Shown: positions 1 to 9,753 of the stretch, in pieces
Layout of the letters: every line of letters starts with the position of its first letter
Position numbering within the stretch: the stretch's first letter is position 1
NCBI GenBank assembly: GCA_004764695.1
Contig: SMSO01000037.1
Location: forward strand, 1 to 35,779
Direction of reading: 5' to 3'
Origin: Schizochytrium sp. TIO01
Taxonomy: Eukaryota > Protista > Bigyra: Labyrinthulomycetes
DNA: 35,779 nt
Position numbers and translations under genes: made by a program
The notes under the pieces: model-generated
Databases searched by the model: none
Told to the model about the DNA's origin: nothing
What the model saw: only the letters and a program-made list of their open reading frames with translations

Positions 1-306
1 TATTGTCGTGTAGTTGTGAGATCTTTTGCTGCTGACTGAGAGACTTTGGTTTGGTGTTGTAATGCGTAACCTACTCTAGCCTACCCACCGCCTAAGAAAA
101 AAACAATTATGGTTCACCAACTCAACTCAGAGTGTTAGTAATATACATATAGGTAGCAGTGTTTTTTCAAAGTGAAATTGTTCGCGAGCAAAAGCTGGGC
201 CGCCGCCGCAGCGAGGGGAGCAAAAAGTAAACGCGACGCCAGCGGAGAAGAAGACTGACGAACCCAAGTCTGTTTGATCGTGGAGATAGCGATAGTGACA
301 GCAGTT

Positions 307-521
307 GGCGAGAACACGTTGAGCTAGCAAGCGGTGGACAGTAAGGGGAGGCGAGCATTTGAACCAAACAATCAAACATCGGCTAGCTGTGGCAAGGGAG
401 CGCAGCCTGTTTCGGCGAGAACACGTTGAGCTAGCAAGCGGTGGACAGTAAGGGGAGGCGAGCATTCGAACCAAACAATCAAACATCGGCTAGCTGTGGC
501 AAGGGAGCGCCAGCCTGTTTC
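307..521. repeat. Tandem duplication, 2 x ~107 bp
   Basis: ggcgagaacacgttgagctagc...gcagcctgtttc occurs at 307 and again at 414, nearly identical. Confidence 0.9.
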
Positions 522-911
522 CGTGTGTTACTTGAGGTCAAGGCTAACAGCACAGTGCGAGCAGCTTAGTAGAGAGGAGGCACGAGCAGATTCTTTTTCC
601 AGAGGTGTGGATAGCGAGATATACACCTGCGCTTCTTGGGTGTTTCGTTGCGCTTGGTGGAGTCTACGTACATCACAGGGGAAACCAAAGGCCTGTCAAG
701 TCAGGTTAAGTCAATTGAATGATATACGTGGCATAGCTCTGCACCAACAGATCTCGACCGCCGAGCTTCGTTGGCATTAATTGTGTAACTCTGCGCTCTC
801 GATTTTCCACCTTAAGACTTCGTATCAAGACATTGCACGGAATCTTGTTTTTGAGGAAGTGCATAAAATCACAACAAATCAGCCAGACCCGCAAAAAAGG
901 TATTTGAGAAG

Positions 912-3096
912 ATGTCGGAAAGCCCCCAAGTCACGAAGGCACTTGAATTACTCGGTGATGGAAGAGCCGAAGTTGAGTAAGTTTTTTTTTGTTATATTAA
1001 GTTCGCATATCTTTGTGCATTGGTTTGAGCTGGTACTAGTGCATTTAGGTTGTGATGAGATTTTTCACGCTCTTTGGAATAAGGGATAAGGTGGGAGAGA
1101 CTAACCCAAACGAATTTTCTGGTTCTGCCGAACAAACAATAGCCTTTATGGGTATAATCTTAATGACGACGGGGTGGCAGTGCTTGCTTTGGCAATCAAT
1201 AACAGCCTCAACTTACAGTCTCTGGTGTAAGTTTCTGACATGATTTAGTATAAAACAGCAAGAACCCCTGCGACTTATAATAAGCAAAACGATTAACACA
1301 TCGAAATCAACGTGCAGTCTGTCCTATAACAATATCGGTGACAATGGCGTGCTTGCGCTAGCCGAGGGAGCTGAGGGTAAACACAGTTATCACTTCTCTT
1401 GAGTAAGTTTTCTAAAACAGCTGTGCACGCAATCGAATGGTGAACTACCTACCATAGAGAATTTTATTTGCACTCACACATTAAATATATATGTATATAT
1501 GAACCAATTACATTGTATGAACGTGGCTGATTCTCTCTCATGACGTACAAATTGAAGATTGAGAGGTAACAAAATCGGCAATAAAGGTGGTCATGCTTTA
1601 GCAACAGCGCTAAAGGAAAACAATGTCTTAAAATCTCTAGAGTAAGTCGTGTGGCCCGTGAAAAACTCATCTACTGCGGGTCATGTGCTGTGCAATAATT
1701 CACAGTTACTAATGCATCGCATTGAAATGTGAATTGACTGACGTGCGTTGGGTAATTTAGTCTTCGAAACAATGAAATAGGCGCAGCTGGTGCAGTGGCA
1801 ATAGCAGACGCTCTGAAACAAAATTGTTGCTTGAAAGATTTAAAGTAAGTTCCAATGGAAGAGGAAGCCTACTTGAAATGTATAGTTATGGTCGCTTGAA
1901 TGCCTGTCTCGTGCCATTCCAATATGATCGCCTAACTTTATGAAACTTTGTTCATATTTGGATACGATTCTTAACCACAGTCTAGACCATAACAATACTG
2001 GCCATGAAGGTGGGGAAGCTCTTGGTGCAGCTCTCAAAGTGAACAGGTTGCTGACGTCTTTGTAGTAAGTTTAGTCCTACATGATGAATGTACTGCTGAG
2101 AATACATCTATTTGGCCGGATATGTATGGCTGGGTAACTAACTGAGTGAGAGTTTCTGCACAGTCTTGAAAATAACAACATTGGCTACAAGGGAGGCAAA
2201 GCCCTTGCCGATGCATTAAAAGAAAACCAATTTCTTACATCCCTGAAGTGCGTTGATCTGGATTCAAAAACACTCTTTGGAAATGAGCTACACGACTTGT
2301 GAACTTTTTTATTTACTAATGATTATCTTTCTGACACTTTCCCGTGCCTATTGCAACAGTCTTCTGGACAATAACATTGGCGACCAAGGTGCAATAGCAT
2401 TGGCAGCTTCTCTAAGGGTAAACACTTCTCTACGATCTTTAGAGTACGTAGGAATTGGCCTTTTGTGAATTATCTCATATTCAATTCTGAATGGTTAACT
2501 AATGTGTTTGATTGCTCGTATTCTTCGAAATATGTCTAAATACACAAAAAACACAATAATGGTTGGTTGGTTCTGCAGTCTTGAAGATAATAACATCGGT
2601 GGTGAGGGCGGAGCTGCCGCTAATCTCGGCTCTTCGAGACAATTGGAGTCTAACTGAACTCATGTAGGTGCTACGGTAAGACCTCTGCAATGATTGTTCC
2701 AATTTACTGACGAAACAGAAGCGCTGCTTCTCTAAACACAGATATGACTGGGACGACTTTGAGCTTGATATTGGAATTTATCCCGATGTAGAGCTTGAGC
2801 TTAATCAATGCATTGCAGATGCGCGGGAGAATTTAGAATCTACCAAGCAAACATATACTGAACTCGGGGCTGTTCAAGTTGTTATTAAGGCTCTATCGTT
2901 GCCAGCAAGTGGAAAGAGGATGCGGTTGTGTGCTGACAGTGCAAAGGCTGAGTACGAAGGCGCTGGGTGTACATTGTGTGCTAAAGAAGTTTATCTACGC
3001 CAAGCCCAGGAGCAGCTAGGAAACATGCGAATGAAAATTGGTGCCCTCTTTTCACAAGCAAACCTATTGGGTCCATATCTATGCACTCCGGAATAG
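912..3096 (+). pseudogene. Spliced RI-like (28-aa) leucine-rich-repeat gene, paralog A; 8 LRR exons plus C-terminal domain; two +1 frameshifts (pseudogene or assembly error)
   Basis: Exons: 912-976 (MSESPQVTKALELLGDGRAEV), 1143-1226, 1318-1402, 1558-1641, 1761-1844, 1981-2064, 2164-2247, 2360-2443, 2579-2663, 2742-3096. All introns are GT..AG phase 2. Each internal exon encodes LxxNxIGxxGxxALAxALxxNxxLxxL. Exons 1318-1402 and 2579-2663 are 85 nt instead of 84. About 363 aa if repaired. Confidence 0.85.
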
Positions 3097-4501
3097 TTGA
3101 AATAAGGGTTATATATGCAACCGTTGGGTAGGCGATGAGAGATATTGTTAAATAATTAATTATTATCATTTTCATTTATCGGTCATCGGCCATTCCGGTT
3201 TCTCAAGATTAGTGCTTCAGCAAAGGAGTTCGCGCGGATACCTATGCTTCCATATCGCAACAAATGCATTGCAGAGCATAAATCGGTTGCACAAAGTTAA
3301 GTATCATATGCTTTGCAGGAATAGATACTTGATAAGGGGGGAGGGAGATGCGTCGCGCGAGGACCTGGAGAGCCTGGTTCTCATAACATGGTTGATACAA
3401 AATCAAAGGACTTGCAACTCTTGGTATATGAGAGTAACCAGTTTCCTGTATCAGTCCACTTGTTATGGCTTCGATTTCAATTAATCTTTCAAATACAGGT
3501 TCATGGTAGATGATTCTATAATGTTGAAAGCGCATGAAAATGACAACAAGCATTCACACGTTTTGTTGAGGTTCCCATGTAGTAAAAGGTCCGACCTTTG
3601 GGTTGCTTTATCATTCTAGTGCTGTTTAAAGAAAGGGTCAAAAAGCTATTCAACACCCCGACGGAGTGGTAAGGAACTTTAGATGTAGAACTTTTGGAAA
3701 GTACTACGTCTTAAATTGGAAAGTGTACTATAGGGCCATTTCTGGACACAGTCGCGTAACCAAAACGCCCGGTGGGGATTTTCCACACCATGCAAGTCTA
3801 CTTCAAAGAAAAAAAGCTTTAGAGGGACTCATTTTTCATATTGCTGTACTTTCATCTCATTCGACTCAGGTTCAATGAAGTTTACCCTTGAGTATGACCA
3901 GTAAAGACAATGTCAAAACTGACGTAGTACCTACAAGGTGCTGTCCGGTTTGGCTTGAAACATTATAGCTCTTTGCCAAGATCTACAATTGAAGGTAGTA
4001 GCGAGCAAGACAGTAGGTTATCCCTGTGTAAGACCTCATGGGTTTAGAGTTTACTTATAATAAAATCAGACAACCAGTCCTGCACTAGAAGAGAATCCAA
4101 AAACCAAAAGCTTGCATACACATTCCTATAATCAAGTATGGTGGAATCTGAAATTGATGGTTAAAGATATGTGTGAACCTAACCTTGTCAATTGTGTCTA
4201 GGACAGATCAAATATGTCTTCGTCTCCTAATTGCAACATGAATCAGGCTTGCCTTGAACCCGATTGCAAGATTAACAGATCGTTAATTAAAAGCCATATA
4301 TTATCATGCCTTTTAAAGCCTTCTTAGAACCTTCATCGCCATAGCCAAACTCTAGCTGACCATATTTATCTCTCATCACTTCCCTTGAGCATCTTTGACT
4401 CACTCATTCTCGCACATGCTTATCTTGAAACAGGTTGTTTAGAATCGCCAAAAAACTCAAGAGACAAAGCGCGCGAATACAAGACAATGTCTTAGTTACT
4501 G

Positions 4502-6550
4502 TTACTGTTTACATTCTAGTTCTCTCTGGAGGTAGCTGATTTCCCATTCAGCCCACTTTGCAAAGTCATCAGGATCCATATCCTCCTTAAATTCAGCCTC
4601 ACCAAACCCGATAAACATTGGCTTCTTGCCTTTCTCATGATTGCACATAATATTGTCGCGATCTATATCGCCAAGTAAAATACCAAGTGAGTGAATCGAC
4701 TTGAGAGCGGCTACCGCCTCTTCCTTAAACTTATCCGTAAGGTCGTCATCTGTAACGTGCTCGCCTGCAAAACTTAAACCAAGCCCGTACATGAACCCAT
4801 CTTGAAACAATCCAAGACCAAGAAACTCTGGTACACACTTGCCTTGAAGCGGAAGCAAGGAATCGTAAACGATAGCTTCGAATCTGAGATGGTCGACGAA
4901 ATACGATTCCTTGAAAGTATCGAGCAACTTTAGTACAGCATCTACATTACCTTTAGTTGCATGCGGAATTTTACAGCGGGAAATCCTTCCCGGTTCACCA
5001 TCGTGACGAAACCAGCCAAGGAACTTTTCGTCTTTCAGTTGGTGCAAAGATGTCCAATCAGACCGAGGTGGGATTTTTTTATCTGGAGAGGGGGGAAGCC
5101 CGTAGAACTCTGTGTCAGGTACTTCGAGACTGAAGACATAATCGTCATCGTTGGTATCCTGGTTAATTTCCTTGTAAACATCGTTTTCAGCCTCGCAGCC
5201 CATGGGTAGCTTTTCATGTCTACACTCACTAGAGCAGGGCGTAAGGAGCGTCCCTTCGCTGTTTGTAAATTCTGGTACGCGGTCCTCTTTTGCAATCATA
5301 ATACCCAGTGCCAGAAGCTGTGCTGCACTTAGACAGTTTCTGTCAATATCCCCCACAGCATCACATTTAACAGATGGTGTAATTAGCAGATTACCAGCGC
5401 AATCACGAAAGAACAGAGCTGTATCGAAGTAGTTCGAGTAGATACCTACTAGAGACTTGTTGCATAGCATCCAAGTGTACAATTTACGAATCACTGAGAA
5501 CCTCGAATGACGTTGTGACGTGCAATCGACATCACGACAGTCATGATTGCAGTATTCATCAGAAAGATCAACGTGATGGAATTCAGGTCTTTCAAGTGCA
5601 CCAACGACCCAAGGTTTAAATTGATCCACATAGGGTTCTAAACCAATTGCAAAATCCACTGGGCCCCGTGTTTCGGTGTAGTCTCCAAAACGGTGGTTTG
5701 ATGTGTCGGGGACTTGCTCAATTCCTCCGTCTTGAAGGATTTCAAGTACTGCTCCCAAGAGAATAGACATATGTGGGATTATTGAAGATGCACCTGCGGT
5801 ACCTATATCCTTGAAGTACTGTATTGAGGATTCTAGCGAAATCGTAGTTTGCCTTGCCTGTAAAGTTTCGATGTACCCAGCATCACGACAGTAGTTTAGT
5901 AAAGTTTCCATCTCCAATTTATGAACATGCATGGGTGATGCACGGTATGCAGAAGTGTCAGTAGAGCACTTTACCTGTAACTCTTTGCGAGGTAACTCAG
6001 GAGTTGCACTGGAGAGTGCCTGGAATACTGAGGTTTTATGATTATGCAAGGAATTATATGCAGCCTCTTCCCTACGAAGACCATAGAGCCTCCGATACAT
6101 GACCATTTCGTTTTCTATTGTTTCCTTCTGAAGGTACCTGAGTCTTATATCGAGACGCGCACCTCTTTTCTCGGCGCATCGAATCTGCGAACATAAGTCC
6201 ATTGCAGATTCCAAGCATTCTCTTTCAAGTCTGGAGTGCTCTTCAGGTTGCTCTTCCATACCTTTCTTAGTTCCGGACCGGTCAGAACGCAGCTCGCTTC
6301 GGCTGAGCGCACAGTCTTCATTGGGGGGATTCTCCAGAATCCTCGTCTTAAGTCTCGCAATATCTTTGGTACAGGATATGCGTTTGGCCTTTAGGTTCTC
6401 GAACTCTGCGACATTGCAAGAATGCAAAAATATCGGACGACTTAAGATATCGAGAGCCGATACTTTTGAGCTAGCGGAGCGTGTATTTACATGCCCTACC
6501 CAGGTCCTGGGCAAGGGGGGGCGCGAGCTGATTGTGACAAACCGCCTCAT
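4502..6550 (-). CDS. Coiled-coil + degenerate PD-(D/E)xK nuclease + Cys/His cluster + pseudokinase (SPOK/Crinkler-like architecture), ~682 aa
   Basis: Uninterrupted ORF. First ATG is at 6550 (the track starts at a TTG at 6646). Collinear similarity to the 9754-11724 protein: DFAIG, VIRKLYTWM, GIYSNY, FFRDCAGNLLITP, LQGKCVPEFLG, IHSLGILLGDIDRDNI. Catalytic motifs are altered: GELK->GALE, QLYNY->KLYTW, HGD->LGD, DFS->GFG. Confidence 0.85.
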   Translation of the reverse strand: MRRFVTISSRPPLPRTWVGHVNTRSASSKVSALDILSRPIFLHSCNVAEFENLKAKRISCTKDIARLKTRILENPPNEDCALSRSELRSDRSGTKKGMEEQPEEHSRLERECLESAMDLCSQIRCAEKRGARLDIRLRYLQKETIENEMVMYRRLYGLRREEAAYNSLHNHKTSVFQALSSATPELPRKELQVKCSTDTSAYRASPMHVHKLEMETLLNYCRDAGYIETLQARQTTISLESSIQYFKDIGTAGASSIIPHMSILLGAVLEILQDGGIEQVPDTSNHRFGDYTETRGPVDFAIGLEPYVDQFKPWVVGALERPEFHHVDLSDEYCNHDCRDVDCTSQRHSRFSVIRKLYTWMLCNKSLVGIYSNYFDTALFFRDCAGNLLITPSVKCDAVGDIDRNCLSAAQLLALGIMIAKEDRVPEFTNSEGTLLTPCSSECRHEKLPMGCEAENDVYKEINQDTNDDDYVFSLEVPDTEFYGLPPSPDKKIPPRSDWTSLHQLKDEKFLGWFRHDGEPGRISRCKIPHATKGNVDAVLKLLDTFKESYFVDHLRFEAIVYDSLLPLQGKCVPEFLGLGLFQDGFMYGLGLSFAGEHVTDDDLTDKFKEEAVAALKSIHSLGILLGDIDRDNIMCNHEKGKKPMFIGFGEAEFKEDMDPDDFAKWAEWEISYLQRELECKQ

Positions 6551-9108
6551 GGCTTGAATTGAAGCTAATTTGGGGTTTGCTTTCTGCAGGTGCTGCCAAC
6601 AAATTGTTCTAGCTATTTCTTTTAAAAAAAAATCGAAATTGATCAACTTGAATTTGAATGATTATTAAAATATATATTAATTTAAAAGACATTGATTTTA
6701 GTTTGAAATGTTATTCACAAGGTACACTATTATTTTTAATTATATAAATAAATAAATAAAATTAAAGGTATAATGTATATAATATACGCCTATATGCTGA
6801 TGCAAATCGTGAAATGTTGGATTTACCATACTGCAGTCAGTTTACGCTCTTAATCTCTCCGACTAAATCTACAATACGCGAGGCCAGTCGAGAGTACACT
6901 ACTAGGCAGTCATAATTTCTCGAACCTCATTATATGAGGTGCTCTTTTTTTTCTTTTCTTTTTTACAGCCTGAGGTGCTTTCTTTCTATGTTCTAAATAT
7001 TTTTATATTTTATTATTATTAAGAATGAGGCAGTAACTCAAACCACAGCAATCACGCACTACCCGGCAAGAGCAAAGCTAAAAGATGTTATATTTCAACC
7101 CAAGGAGTTGACTCTGACAAGTGAGAGCGTGGAAAGGGAGTAGGTACGTTATAAACTAAAAGATGTTAACTTGTTACCTCTGACTAGTGAGAGCGCCTTC
7201 GCCGTTATCCCCAAATGCTTCTGTTCTGAAGGCTGCCTAACAAGAATGACAATCTTTATACGAAGCCTCTCTAGACGACCAATAGTGCGCTAGTGCAGAG
7301 TACTCCTCGAGAGGTTGCGTGTGTGTATGCCATGCGCATTTTCTCCACCGTGTTGTTGCTTGTGATGACGTCGAGTGGGCATCTTTAAAAAAGAAAAATG
7401 TTTTAATTTTATAAATTTAAAAAATAATAAAGAATAAAAAAGAGATGTCGTAGCTTTCTTTTTGTCTGCCGGCTACTAGATCTTGTAAGATTCCCCAAAC
7501 TCAACGTGAGGTTTAACATAATTTCAGATTAGGTAGGAAGGAAGGCCTATCAAAAACACTGGGAGATTGAATGCAAATTTTGGAAAGAAAAAAGAAAGAA
7601 AGAAAACTTGAATGTCTGCAGACAGGGAACAATGTTTACAACTTTTATGCCAATAGGAAATAGTTTTCTTTACTTTTCAAACTGTAAAGACTTTGTCTTC
7701 TTTTCAACGTAGGTGTGCATTTTCCTCCCGAGGGAGGGACTTGAGCTACCCAATTGGGAATCCTGATGTGCCTTCTGGTAGAGTATGCAGGGCAGAGCTG
7801 TTGCAGCATGGGCAATACCTAATGAGTGAGCTCAACACTCAATTGCTTATTAAGATAGTGGCCCTGGCAAATGGAACTCGAACGCACAAATAGCGTCAGC
7901 GCCCTTGAACTTATGAGTTGTCGGACGTGCACTTGTCACGAACGAAAGACTTTTGAAAGTCAAGGACTCGAAAAGTACAACCAAATTCATGAAGCCAGTG
8001 TTCGTGAATTAATGGCCATGTCATGTGGGCGGGTTGAAGTAGTTCTGACTCTCTAGAATTTAAACACGAAGGACACTTACTGGCAGTGTCTATGTTGACT
8101 GGACTTTGACCTTCTAATTTAGTGACTTAAAGGACCTAAGTTTAATTGAGAATTTCTGCAAAATTCGTAAAAACGAGTTGATGTGTAGCAACGCAGATCT
8201 GATGTTTGGTACAGGCTCCTTTGACAATCGCCCTTTAAAAAAAAAAGAAAAGAATAAAAGAATAAAGAGAGAATCAGTGAAAGGGAGAGTCTTCATTCGG
8301 CAACATCATTCAGAATATTCGCTACCCAATCTTTATAACCATGCTTGGAGTGAATGAAGGACTTGAATTAGATTTTAATGATAAAGTTATACTCAAAAGT
8401 AGTCTAGTCGAAAAAGGTCGAGCTTTATTTAAAACTTAATTTTAAATTAGATAAACAAATTCTTGTTTTTAAAAAATAATTAAAAGTGTTGAGAAGTGAC
8501 ATTGACCTTAAGCTTCTTCTCTTCAATTAATTGCTTTTGAGATCGCCCGATCACTCACTCCCACCAATTTGAAGACGTCTTATCAGAGATGAAATGAATC
8601 AGGATGAGGGGAAACAGGAACTGGGAATGGTAGGGAAAGGGGGTTCAAGGAGAGGACAAATTCTCATTTCGAAAAAGAAAGTACCCTCGAAAACAATAAA
8701 GTCGAGAGAAAGAAAATTTGCGGTCGGCCATCTTAGATGTCACCCCTGGAAAAACTTTTTCTTTTGTCATTTCATTTCTTTCGAGGTAAAAGATTTTCGA
8801 TCTCTCTTCCCTTAAAAGATTTTTGAGGTACGCAAATGGAAAGATCGCTTTCGGGTTCTGGTAAAGCTGAAAGGGGGAAAGGACAATCACGCTTGCTCGA
8901 GCAAAACGAATGTCCCTCTCAGATTGAAGCACGCGTAATTGACACGTTTGGATTTCTATCGATCGAGCACGTCGCGTGTTATTCTGAGCTCTGTTGGTCT
9001 GGCTAGATCTAGGATGTAATCTCTTGTTGAGTGAAAGTGGGTGTTTTTCGTTGCAGGTAAATCCGGAATTCTGTCAGCACGTGCAGAGTTGAAGAAGATA
9101 AAACAAGG

Positions 9109-9515
9109 ATGGCTCTGCGCCCCGAGAAGCCGTCGAATCTCGTACGGAGACCTTCAACGAGGTCTATCGTTGGTGCTTTTGAGAGAGTGTTGACTGTTTC
9201 TCGGAATTTGCAAGAGAAAACTGGTGAATTGGCTTCGAAATTGAAGGTTCTCGAGGCACGAAATTCGACCTTCCATTAATCCTTCCTTGGCCCTGGCCAT
9301 TGATGCTGCAGTGAGAGGAGACGAAAAAGCACAGAAGATTGTACGAGAGAGTGAATCCAACGTTCCTCTGTGTCAGAAAAGGGCGGTCGCGGCGTATACA
9401 GCGGCAAGCCACTCTCTCTTTCGTGTCCTTGCAGACACTGCAGCACTGGAGGAAACAAAGACAGAGTGTGCACTCTTAGTCTCTCAGGCACTCTCCCTTT
9501 TCCAAGTTGTTGAAG
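9109..9515 (+). pseudogene. Frameshifted helical ORF fragment, possibly a duplicate or alternative N-terminal module of the downstream nuclease-kinase gene
   Basis: ATG at 9109 (MALRPEKPSNLV...FERVLTV...) runs to a stop near 9279, then continues in another frame (INPSLALAIDAAVRGDE...) to a gaag|gtaag donor-like site at 9516. Weak by-eye similarity to FERRLEV...AALVLVDVLNGD of the next gene. Confidence 0.35.
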
Positions 9516-9592
9516 GTAAGCAAAACCGAACACGATTGATAGGCTGGCCATTAGTGAAATCGTTAAGAGTGTGAAAGGGCTTGAAACGAGGC

Positions 9593-9622
9593 AAGAAGAA
9601 GAAGAAGAAGAAGAAGAAGAAA
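9593..9622. repeat. (AAG)n microsatellite, ~9 copies
   Basis: Direct reading. Confidence 0.85.
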
Positions 9623-9753
9623 AGGAGAAAGCAATGCCCTTTCCTCGTCTATCATGAAAGAAAGCCAAGCACGGCTTGTCTGCGCCCCTTCACGCGAAAG
9701 GGGACGGGACCACTCGGGATCAACGTGTTGGAAAGGCGGGAGGCGGAGACGCA

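Noticed and set aside
127-780. ORFs over the 107-bp duplication
   Set aside because: They have no recognisable domain, and their internal repetition simply reflects the DNA duplication.
7693-8932. Short ORFs between the two kinase genes
   Set aside because: They are short, mostly start at non-ATG codons and have no recognisable motifs.
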